From Paramecium tetraurelia (lineage: Eukaryota), in assembly GCA_000165425.1 (NCBI GenBank), contig CT868032.1:186001-222579 (forward strand): a stretch of DNA of 36,579 nucleotides. The letters run 5' to 3'. The position numbers and the translations under genes were made by a program. Each line of letters starts with the position of its first letter. Positions within the stretch are counted from its first letter, which is position 1. Shown here piece by piece: positions 1 to 11,254 of the stretch. Below the pieces are notes generated by a model. That model was not told the DNA's origin, did no database searches, and saw only the letters and a program-made list of their open reading frames with translations.

Positions 1-1069
1 TAGCTTCCCATTCTTATATGCATGTTGGACATGAATCTGATCCTTCTGCTTTAATACACTAAATTTATTAAGTTTCTCCAAAGACTGGATCAAACTAAGT
101 TTAAAACAATATTCTTCTTCTTCCTGTTTAGAAGGCTGATAAAGTGGAAGTAACTTTAATTGTGACTTCAGTCCATGCAATTTCAGCTTTCAATTAAATA
201 ATTACTTATCCTAGTATTGTATTATTTATAGAAATTGGTGATGCTTTCTTTAATAATCCATTTCCTGTGTACCAAACTTCAGTTTCTGTCAAATAAAAGC
301 CCTCCATTCCAGCTGTTGTAACAAATTATTAAAGAACAAATTCATCATTTAAATGAAGATCTGGAATGGCAAATGTAGAGCATTTCAAATCAGTGCACCA
401 GTTTACTTTTGTATCATAGATTGCATTGCAAGCGCTAGTAATTGTACAATTGAATGTTGATCTCTAACTCAAAGGTTTGAAAAAAGGGTCATATAAAGGA
501 TCTGTTGCCTTATTAATAATAATTGAAAATTCAAAAAAGAATGTATATTGGAGTGAATCTGTACCAGTTGCATAATAAGCAAGTGCAAAATATCCTGTGT
601 AAATGAATTATTCAGTATTAGATGTTTCAACCAATCTAGTTTTCAATTCAGTTCTTGGAATTGTGAATACATAATATCTCCAAAATTTTGAGAAGTTGGT
701 TGATGATGTTATTGTTAAATCAGTGACTTAAACTGGATCAGAGTATTTATTGGATGTATATTACCATAATTTAAGATCGAGACAAACCTCGTCAGCTGAT
801 TTACCATCCTCCTTAACAAGACCAAAATATGTTACATCAGTAAAGAGATCATCATCATTATATCTCAAATTAACCTATGCAATAGTATTTCCTTAGACAA
901 AGGAAACATATCCTGTGAAAGCTAATTTTGAAGTAGCTGTTCTTTCAGCATTAGAAACAGTTCCAAATTTGTTCAAATATTTCATACAGTTTGGATCATC
1001 GAAAGACAGACCTGATACTTGCCCTAAATAGATTACAACCAGGATTGTATTTACGAATATTGTTTTCAT
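1..1069 (-). CDS. Putative secreted/GPI-anchored surface protein, paralog A (3' end outside window)
   Basis: ATG at 1069; open in ciliate code to the window edge without introns: MKTIFVNTILVVIYLGQVSG (signal-like) ...YFGLVKEDGKSADEVCLDLKLW...WCTDLKC...EVWYTGNGL...GRRRIL...CIKAEGSDSCPTC. Colinear with four other copies. Confidence 0.85.
223..415. repeat. Inverted repeat arm shared with 2156-2348 (193 bp, 1 mismatch)
   Basis: Reverse complement of 223-415 equals 2156-2348 except GCCATTCCA vs GCCAATCCA. Confidence 0.9.
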
Positions 1070-1140
1070 ATATTAAATTAATGCTTTCGCTGCTGAATTT
1101 TTCTTTTTTCAACCAAAAATTACAATAAATTCTATATGAA
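1070..1140 (-). promoter_or_regulatory. Conserved upstream element of the surface-protein family (TAGAAT about 57-65 nt before ATG)
   Basis: TAGAAT on the coding strand at 1134-1129 (A), 1456-1461 (B), 5405-5400 (C), 9442-9447 (D), 12487-12482 (E). A, B and E also share an A-rich AAAAATTnnGCAG block nearer the ATG. Confidence 0.45.
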
Positions 1141-1518
1141 ACAATATTGAACAAAATTCATATTTTTTTGATTGAAAATTTGTAGCATTCAAAAATATGA
1201 TGATACCATTATCCTCATACTAACAATCAAATAAATTTCTTCTTTAGCAAGGCATACTTCTTTTTACCTCATTAGAATTCATTCTATTACTTTTTTTTAA
1301 TAATGTCCAATTGGTTAATATTAAATATTTAATAATTTTATCCATCATTAACTACTCAATGCTCTTAGAATTTTTTATGAATTAAATATATTTGTCTTAG
1401 ATTTACATTTGAAAATGAGTTTATACCAAATCATTATCTTTTAATATTTTTCTGGTAGAATTTGTTCTAATTTTGGGTTGAAAAATGAAAAATTAGGCAG
1501 AATAGACATCCATTTAAA

Positions 1519-2348
1519 ATGAAAAATTCTCTATCTTCGCAATCCTGGTTTTACTTTAATTATAGTATTTATCAAGTCTGAATTTCGATGATCCAAACTG
1601 TATGAAATATTTGAACAAATTTAACAAATTAAATCCTAATGACGGATTAGGTACTTCAAAAATTAGCTTTCACAGGAGATATATACCTTGTCACCAACTC
1701 TAATAATGCAAAAATTAGCTTGAGATTTATTGATGCTGATCTTTTTAATGATCCAATCTATTTTGGTTTTATTAAGGAGGATGGTAAAACAGATGATTAG
1801 GTTTGTCTAAAACTTAAATTATGGTAATATACATCTAATAAATACTCTGATCCATTGAAAATCACTGATTTAACAATAATACCATCAAACAATTCGGAAA
1901 AATAATGGAGATATTATTCATTCATATAAGTTCAAAACTAGATTAGTTGAAACATCTAATTCTAATTAATTCATTTACACAGGATATTATTCAATCGCTT
2001 ATTATGCAGCTGGTACAGATTCACTCTAATACACAAATTATTTTTCCTTTTTTATTATTATCGATGAAGTAACAGGTGTTGTAAGTGAAATTGTTTTCAA
2101 TCCTTAGAGTTTAGGAGAAATTATACCATCTTAAGGATGTGGCTATTTTAGACCCGATACAAAAGTAAACTGGTGCACTGATTTGAAATGCTCTACATTT
2201 GCCAATCCAGATCTTCATTTAAATGATGAATTTGTTCTTTAATAATTTGTTACAACAGCTGGAATGGAGGGCTTTTATTTGACAGAAACTGAAGTTTGGT
2301 ACACAGGAAATGGATTATTAAAGAAAGCATCACCAATTTCTATAAATA
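1519..2348 (+). pseudogene. Surface-protein paralog B, frameshifted, mosaic and 3'-truncated
   Basis: Homologous from ATG 1519, but with a -1 shift in the first codons, an extra A at ~1660, and a frameshifting deletion at ~1927. Homology stops at 2348 (KASPISIN), so the C-terminal Cys region and hydrophobic tail are missing. Confidence 0.85.
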
Positions 2349-3266
2349 TTTCTTACTTTAAAAAATATGATACTGTTAATAGGTTGCAATAGAGTAGTTT
2401 TTACATTCGGTCGCTATTTAGCACCTGATTTACACAACTCATTAGAGTATAAATTATATGCCTATGGATTTGTATGGATAGAAATATTTTTATAGTGATA
2501 ATATTTTCTTTATTGAACCATTTTTATTATAATAATAAATTTCCAAATATATATTTTTTGTATAAATATAAATAAGTTCATAATTTATGACAACATTTTC
2601 ATTTTTCTGGATTAATCACCTTATGAAACTTATTTCTAAATAATTCAATAATTTCTATGGAAATTTATAGATTTAATCAGTTATGATTTATTATTCAATA
2701 AAAAGGTGTATGGGACTATCTTAAATAAAAAAAGTTTATAAAGACCAAAAAAGATTATTTATGTCTAAGATAAACCTAACTATTGATAAATTCATTGATT
2801 TAACTGCAGAATTGTATGTTAAGAAACTTAGATTTTTAATATCAAAAGATTATTGATAATAAATAATTTGGAGCTTCCAAAGGCAAACAAAATTACTTAA
2901 GAGAAAAATTCTAGCTTGCTAAAAACTACAATCAATTAAGAGATATAACTGTAGGCTATTCAAGATCGATTCCATAAGAACCTTTATTAAAATTGTATTC
3001 ATGATGTTTATATCCAATACTATTAGAATACCATATGAATAGAGAGTGATTTAATTTGGAAATTTTTATGTTATAACTCTTTTTAATTAAATAATGTTTC
3101 AATTTTGCATTTATTAATCTTAAATTAGATGAGAATAGACATATCTTTTGTTGATTGAATTCTTTTATTAATTACAATCAAATCCATCTTGAAATCATAT
3201 TAAAATATTTTTTATTTTACTAAATAAACAATCATTTTCATGATGATGAATCAGATTAATTAAAAA

Positions 3267-3623
3267 TCATAGTAAAGGCATTTTTGGTAATAAATCGCTA
3301 GTGAATCGAATAGCATTTGAAAAACTAAAATTATTTACAAATCAATACTCTCCTTCTATGACTAACTTTTTTCTCATAAACAATGTTCTTAAGTTCGTTT
3401 ATCCCTTAGAAAAGCAAACCATGTCATCATCTTAAATATTGAAAATGGTATCAGCATCTTTACTTGTATCAGGTATTACTTTTTTGCCATCAATATCAAT
3501 TAGCCAAAGTTTATGTTCAGATCCTCTAATTACTTTAAAGCAAATCTTGCCTTTGACCTTCTTTTTTAACTTATCGGATAATCCTTTTGATGCCATAAAT
3601 TCAAAAATTGGATTGGAATGCAT
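3267..3623 (-). CDS. SCP2 sterol-binding domain protein (110 aa, one 24-nt intron 3325-3348)
   Basis: MHSNPIFEFMASKG...ICFKV...LWLIDID...DADTIFNIQDDDMVCFSKGQTNLRTLFMRKKLVIEGD|FSNAIRF...LPKMPLL-TGA. Matches SCP2 motifs (W.ID, AD..F.I.DDD, KL.IEGD); spliced length is a multiple of 3. Confidence 0.8.
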
Positions 3624-3993
3624 TATTTTTATTTATTAATAATAAATAAGAATTCACTCTAACAATTATCTCTTTTAGGCCATAGTTAAGAAGATTAAAA
3701 AATCTAGAAAATATTTGTTTTCCATATATACGTTATCAATCTTTACTAAATCAATATCCTAAATTATCGATTCTATAACTAATTGAGAAGCAACAGAAAA
3801 AGGATTAATTCACCATTACATGAAATTTATTAAAATTAAATTAAGTATTATTCTTTTCCAACCAATAATGTTATGGAATTTCTTTTTACTGTATTAAAAG
3901 GAGTTGTATTTATTATGTGTTCCTGCTATTATATGATTTATGAAATGATTCTTTATTTGCAAAATTATTTTGTTGAATTTAATATTTATTTTT

Positions 3994-4696
3994 AAAGTCT
4001 GAGAATGATAGGATGAATGAATATAGAGGATTGAATTTATATTTAAATAAGAAAATAAGATTGATTGTATTTTTGAAAATAAAGATTATACTAATTAATA
4101 GTAATCTAAATTCTTAGCTATTCTATTTGGATATATTAACACAAATTATTCATAATATGTATGATTTAATTTCGGATAAATTAAGGAATATTATTATCAA
4201 AATTAAAACTATCCCCCAGAAAATAAATCCCATCTATTCCTAAGATTAGGGAAGTTAACATCCATCATGAGCAAACCCATTAATTTCTAATTCTTATTCA
4301 CATGTTACACATGTATCTGATCCTTATGCTTTTATACACTCAATTTATTAACTTTCTCCAGAAACTTTGTCAAATTCAGTTTAACCCCTCACTCTTTTTC
4401 TTTCTGATTATAATATTGACAAAGTGGAAATAACTTTAATTGTGACTTCAGTCCATACAATTTCAGCCTTCAATGAAATAATGACTTATCCTCGAATTTT
4501 ATTATTTATAGAAATTGGTGATGCTTTCTTTAATAATCCTTTTCCTGTGTACCAAACTTCTGTTTTAGTCAAATAATAACCCTATATTCCGGGAGTAGTA
4601 GTAACTTATTATAGAATAAACTCATCTTTGAAATGAAGATCTGGGGTAGCATATGCAGTACATTTCAAATCGGTGCACCACTTTAATTATGTATCA
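3994..4696. repeat. Inverted repeat arm shared with 10112-10814 (703 bp, ~7 mismatches, no indels)
   Basis: Covers the 3' half of paralogs C and D plus 156 bp of 3' flank; paired coordinates sum to 14808 at both ends. Confidence 0.9.
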
Positions 4697-5343
4697 TGCT
4701 GGATGCAGTCACTCCTTCCATGACATGCTTAATAAAAAATACTCAAAGGTTTAAATAAAGATTCAAATGCAGTGCCTTTTGTTCTATCAATAGAAAGAGA
4801 AAGTTCAAAAAAGAATGTATATTAGAGTTAATCTGTTCCAGTTGCATAAAATGTAAGTGCATAATATCCTGTGTAAATGAATTAATCAGAATTAGATGTT
4901 TCAACTAATTTGATTTTGAATTCATTTTAAGGAATAATGAATGAATAATATCTCCATTATTTTTCCGAATTGTTTGATGGTATTATTGTTAAATCAGTGA
5001 CTTTCAATGGATCAGAGTATTTATTAGATGTATATCTCCATAATTTAAGATCAAGACAAACCTAATCCTCTGTTTTACCATCCTCTTTAGTAAGACCAAA
5101 ATAGATTGGATCATTAAAAAGATCAGCATCACTATATCTCAAGCTAACCTTTGCATTATTAGTTCCTGTGATAAAGGAGACATCACCTGTGAAAGCAACT
5201 TTTAAAGGACCTAATCCCTCACTATAATTGAAATATCCAAACTTCCACAAATATTTCATACAGTCTGGATCATTGATTGACAAACCTGATACTATCTCTA
5301 ATTAGAGTACAGCTATAATAGTGATTATGAACTTTGTTTTCAT
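4150..5343 (-). CDS. Putative GPI-anchored surface protein, paralog C (397 aa, intact, intronless)
   Basis: ATG 5343 to TGA 4152-4150, 1194 nt open in ciliate code. Signal-like MKTKFIITIIAVLQLEIVSG; C-terminal CIKAQGSDTCVTC...HDGC then hydrophobic MGFIFWGIVLILIIIFL. Confidence 0.88.
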
Positions 5344-5659
5344 TTATTTTATTAATGAGTGTTCTTCTTAAATTATCATTTTTATGGATATTAGAATTAA
5401 TTCTATTAATATTTTGAATTTAAAAGATATAACATTCCCAATCTTGTGGTGAATATATGTTAATAATTTAAATGAAATTATATTTTAAACCAAGCCAAGT
5501 TGAATTATATTATCTATATTCATTTTATTCATTTAAACAACATTTATAATTTTCTTTGTTATGTAATTTAATTTTATCATAATTTTGATTAATTATCTCC
5601 TGTTTTGTTATTACTTATAATTATTCAATAATTTTTTACTAAATTACTTTAAATAATTA

Positions 5660-6950
5660 TCATTTCAGCCATCTAATAGTCAAAGCTAAATATGGCCACA
5701 ACATTAGCTTTATGAAGGAATAAGTATCCAAAATCTAAGCAAACCAATACATACTTTGTTTGTATAATATTAAATAAATATTATCTTGAATTTCTTCAAA
5801 TATCTCTTCAGATTTGGCTACTAAGTTAATTAATTTAAAAAAAAGAAATTTACTAAAAATAAAATTTATTAAGAAATCAAACATATCATTATAATAAGAA
5901 TTAGAGGATTTTATAGACGAATACAGATTTATCTAATTTTTCAGACTTCTTGATATTATTGTTATTGTAATTTAATTTAAGGAGCGAGTAATTTAGTTCT
6001 CTTTCTATTCCAATTCTAGACTAATATCTGCTTGAAAGTGTTAAAGTATTCCAGAATAGCAATTTGCAATTGCTAAATCGTATCTATTCGAAAGGATCAG
6101 AGAATTTTCCCTCATTTATTTTTGATACATATATGATATTATAAATATGAATCTTATATAATAGCATCCAGGTTATTGTTGTAACAAGAAGCTTGAAGGT
6201 ATTAAATTAAAGTGTAGATTTTTTGAACTTGAGTTGATATAATTTGATTAAGCACAAAATGGATATTATGAAATTATTAGTAAGTTGTTGCAACATCAAT
6301 CAATTTACAATTCTTCACATCTTTTCAATGGAGGTATTATTCAGCACTAAGAAAAAAATATTTTCGTCAATATTCTGTTAAAGCAACCTTAAAAGTTAAT
6401 TAAAAATTCTTCAAATACATACTGATTTACATTTCCGATAAAAATTTATAGCAATAAACCCATCAAACATATAGCACCAATTCAATTTTATTTACAGGAA
6501 TGAAAACTATTTAAATTGTTAGTTTAATGCAACTTTTAAATTTCTCCAAAAGCTAAATTTATCGATGTGGACTAATATTAAGAAATTTATTATAAACTTA
6601 AGATATTTATCTTACAGTGCTTAAGTGTACGACATTATCTTAAGCTGCAAATTTTTCAATCCATAACTTATGCTTTTCCTCAAATAAAAGCAAATGATTT
6701 TGACTCAGAAAATCAGGGCACTCAATAACTTGCTTTTATACATGTCACTAAAAATTCTAAAAAATGTTGCTAATACAATTTCTAATTCTGAAGCTATTTT
6801 CTTTTACTTGAAAGTTAGTTAAGAGTCAAATACTTCTACTCTCTTATAGTTTGTTAATTTTTCTTTTCATACCTACTTGTTATAATTTTATGTGCATCTA
6901 AAGTAAGCAATTCTTGCATTTTTTATATGAATTTAATGAAATGTTTTTCA
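5660..6950 (-). pseudogene. Probable degenerate coding remnant, unknown product
   Basis: Long ciliate-code open stretches with protein-like composition (e.g. KQVIECPDFLSQNHLLLFEEKHKLWIEKFAAQ) broken by frame changes and TGA; no recognisable domain. Ends approximate. Confidence 0.3.
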
Positions 6951-8726
6951 TAAAAATAAGTTTAATAAAATTATTAACATTCTTCATTATATATTTGTCT
7001 ACATAATACATAATGTAGTTTTTTTGTAAGGCCCATATAGAGAATAATATATTTACAGACAAAAAGAAGCTTATGTTTCCTATTACATAATTGCTTAAAT
7101 ATGAAAATTATTTGAATTAATTAAGATTGATATTCTAAAACTCATATTATAAAAATTGAATAAAAATATTTTCTCATTTTATGAAAAAAACATCCAATAA
7201 AAATGCTATTTATATTTTTATCTTAATAACAATCATTACCTTTTTTTTATACTCAATTATGGGATAAATTAATTTCAATTTGATTAAATTTTTAATTAAT
7301 TGAGCAAATATTAACAATTCTTTAAGATTTCTAATTAAAAAACAGATTAACCAACTTATTCTATTGAATCTAGCAGTTTATTTGCGTGCAATCAGTTCTT
7401 TAGATGTAAAAGCTTAGTATTTGCTAGAATTAGAAAAGTTCAAATAGGATTATTGCTGGATCAACAACTAAAGAGAGAATTTTACATGAGATAAAAAAGA
7501 AACTAAGTGGCTAAGAGCCAGCTTTGATGACGGCCTGATTAAACATGGGCAGTAAATGTTTTTTAAATGATCTCAATCATTCTTTATTCAAAAACCCAAA
7601 GTGTAGGATTATTATAATCTTACACAAATAATTTAATGTAAAGTTATTCAATTAAAAGTTTATTTCATTAATTAGATACATCTATTGTAAGAAATAAAAA
7701 GTTGAAATATTTTCGCAGAACGAAAGAGCAAGTTGAGAAATTAACTAAAGGCAAAAAAAGGCGGGTTAGCAAAGAGCCCGTTTAAGCAAAAAATTACCAA
7801 AATTATCAAAGTAAACAGAAAAGTTGGAACAAATTAATTGAGGTAATAAGCATAGTCATTATAAAGAAGAAATTGAATAATTTTTAAAAGGAAAAAAAAG
7901 CAAATATATTTATATTTATATCTAATTATACAACTTTTTCATGTTCAATACAATCTTAAGAAAATGATCAAAATATATCGATATCCATCCTACTCCCTTA
8001 TGAATTCATTTTTGCAATTTTAGTACTTCCATTTCTCAGCTATTCTCTATACTTCATCAAAATAAAGTTCTGTTTTTTCTCTTGCTTTATTTTTGATACT
8101 ATTTCTTCAGCTTATTTTTCTATTTGATATTGCTGGATATAGCAGTTAGTAATTTTTAAATCTAAGTGTTTTTCCTATGCTTATGAACTTAATTTCTTGA
8201 TTTCGCGTTAGTAAAAGTTTGCTAAACCTCCTTTCATTGCTTTTTACTTTAAACTTTTTTCCCCTTTGCTTATTTTTTCCTTAGCCACATTTAATTCTAC
8301 TTTCAATTTTTTCATTTTCTTTAATACAAATAACACAATGGGTATTGATGTTCAATTACCCAAACTTTATCATGCTATCAATATTAGTTAGTTAAGTAAT
8401 TGTTAAGTACTTTTTTAGAAATTTTGAGAAAATAAAAAAAAAAATACCAAAATATTAACACATGTTTTTCAAAATAATTAATTATCCTAAAAAAATATTT
8501 GGGGCGATATAATAAAGTGCACACTGCTTTGCGAAAGCTAAATAAAATTTAATTTTAAAACTCAGATTAAATGATGGTTGAAATTTGTTTTGACTATACA
8601 CAGTTATATATGAGCTTATTAAAATTCCTCATATAATCTTAAAAATAAAAAAAACCTCTTATCTCTAAATTAGCCTTATACAAAAATTAGCCAAAATATT
8701 AGAAATCTTTATTAAATATATACAAA

Positions 8727-9129
8727 ATGGATTTTATCGATTGTTCTAGTAAATTTAGTAGCATAAATAGACCAAAATTATTCTAAAAACTACTAAATTT
8801 TGATGAAATTATTATAGAATCTGTATAAAACTTTGGACTTGAAAAAAAATGATATTATAAAATCTTAAGAAGCTTAATAAGGCTTGCTTTTTCTCTTCAA
8901 TATATCTTGAAGTATTGCAATTCACAATGAAATCAAAAATTTTGAATATCCACATCGGAAGTTTAAATATCCGATGAATGATAATTACCTAGAATTATTC
9001 TACCAATTTTTTCAGATTTTAGAAACAATTAGAAAAGGAAAATTACCCTTTATTTTATTGTCAGCATAATTATATCTCATCATCAAATCCGCTGAGCAAT
9101 CTATCAAAGTCAATTAACTCAAAAATTGA
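8727..9129 (+). pseudogene. Probable degenerate coding remnant, unknown product
   Basis: ATG 8727 MDFIDCSSKFSSINRPKLFQKLLNFDEII..., frame shift at an A-run near 8850, internal TGA, then ...NYLELFYQFFQILETIRKGKLPFILL. Confidence 0.25.
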
Positions 9130-9503
9130 ATTAATGGGTTGAATTCTTTATTTCATTTCATCTCATAACTCAAATTTAAGTCAAATTAAATTTTTGTGGG
9201 TTTATTAAGATATCCTTAGGATTATGACAGTAATTTAATAGAAAAATGATTGAATAATTATAAACAATAACAAAATTGGAGATATTAAATCGAAAATAGA
9301 ATAGAATTAAATTAAACTATGCAACTTAGAGAAATATCAACTTATTTAAATGAATAAAATTAATATATATAAAATAATTCAACTTTTCTTTGAATTTAAA
9401 ATAGCATTTCAGTTATATTAATAGCATTGAAATATAGTAAATAGAATAAATTCGAATATATTTAAAAATGATAATTTAAGCAAAACAATCATTAAAATTA
9501 TCA

Positions 9504-10658
9504 ATGAAAACTATATTCATAATCAATATCATAGTTGTATTCTCATTAAGGTTAAAATCTGGTTAGTGTTTCTAATGTTAAGCCGTTAATGATTATTTGG
9601 AAAAATTTGGATTACCAGATCATGTTGATGGATCAGGTGCTTCAAAATTAGTTTTCACAGGTGATGTCTCCTTTGTTACAGGAACTGTTAATGCAAAGGT
9701 TAATTTGAGATATAGTGATGCCGATTTTTTTAATGATTAAATACGTATTGGTCTTAAATTATGGAGATATACATCTAATAAATACTCTGATCCATTGAAA
9801 GTCACTGATTTAACAATAATACCATCAAACAATTCGGAAAAATAATGGAGATTTTATTCATTCATTATTCCTTAAAATGAATTCAAAATTAAATTAGTTG
9901 AAACATCTAATTCTGATTAATTCATTTACACAGGATATTATGCACTTACATTTTACGGAGCTGGTATAGATTAACTCTATTATACATTCTTTTTTGAATT
10001 TTCTTATGTTATTGGTAAAGAAAAAGGGCTCGCAATCGACACTTTTTTCAAAACTTTGAGCCAAAAGTCAACTGCAGGTTGCACAATAAGTAGCGGTTGC
10101 AATGTCAAATCTGATACATAATTAAAGTGGTGCACCGATTTGAAATGTACTGCATATGCTACCCCAGATCTTCATTTCAAAGATGAGTTTATTCTATAAT
10201 AAGTTACTACTACTCCCGGAATATAGGGTTATTATTTGACTAAAACAGAAGTTTGGTACACAGGAAAAGGATTATTAAAGAAAGCATCACCAATTTCTAT
10301 AAATAATAAAATTCGAGGATAAGTCATTATTTCATTGAAGGCTGAAATTGTATGGACTGAAGTCACAATTAAAGTTATTTCCACTTTGTCAATATTATAA
10401 TCAGAAAGAAAAAGAGTGAGGGGTTAAACTGAATTTGACAAAGTTTCTGGAGAAAGTTAATAAATTGAGTGTATAAAAGCATAAGGATCAGATTCATGTG
10501 CAACATGTGAATAAGAATTAGAAATTAATGGGTTTGCTCATGATGGATGTTAATTTCCCTAATCTTAGGAATAGATAGGATTTGCTTTCTGGGGTATAGT
10601 TTTAATTTTGATAATAATATTCCTTAATTTATCCGAAATTAAATCATACATATTATGA
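9504..10658 (+). CDS. Putative GPI-anchored surface protein, paralog D (384 aa; in-frame 15-aa deletion)
   Basis: ATG 9504 to TGA 10656-10658, 1155 nt open. Lacks the TKEDGKTEDQVCLDL-type segment found in the other four copies; 3' half nearly identical to C. Confidence 0.85.
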
Positions 10659-11254
10659 ATAATTTGTGTTAATATATCCAAATAGAATAGCTAAGAATTT
10701 AGATTACTATTAATTAGTATAATCTTTATTTTCAAAAATACAATCAATCTTATTTTCTTATTTAAATATAAATTCAATCCTCTATATTCATTCATCCTAT
10801 CATTCTCAGACTTTTATAAATAAACTTATCTTGATTGTATGTAAATTTTCTTACATAATTCAGAAAATTGACTCAAATGTATCGATAATAATCATTAATA
10901 TAAAAGTGTTAATAAAATAAGATTATATAGATTCATATGATGAACTAAACTTTACAAATTTTTGGTTACTTAAATGGCTGATAGTAGATAGGAATATAAT
11001 CTTGAATCTAGCAATTATCAAAGTTACTATAATAGAAACCTTCATGTCGAAAATATAATTCAGCTGCTTTTGCAATAAAGCAGAATCTTGGGCACTAAAT
11101 AATTTATCCCTTCAATTTAAAAAATTAAAAAAAATTTAATACTAAGTTATAATTTATTTTGGTGAAATTTAATTTTTTGAAGTAGAAAAGGTTATTATTG
11201 GTAGGATAAATAATTTAAAAATTTGTATAATTCAATATGATATAAATGAATGAA

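Noticed and set aside
2400..3200. Possible gene between paralog B and SCP2 (also 7300-8400 and 12660-13300)
   Set aside because: Coding-like fragments only; no continuous frame or recognisable domain could be supported.
4697..10111. Diversity-generating retroelement (template/variable repeat) explanation for the variable loop
   Set aside because: No reverse transcriptase in the window, and the differences are not adenine-specific and include indels.
3994..10814. 703-bp inverted repeats as transposon TIRs
   Set aside because: The arms are the 3' halves of paralogous genes; no transposase motif recognised between them and no target-site duplication seen.
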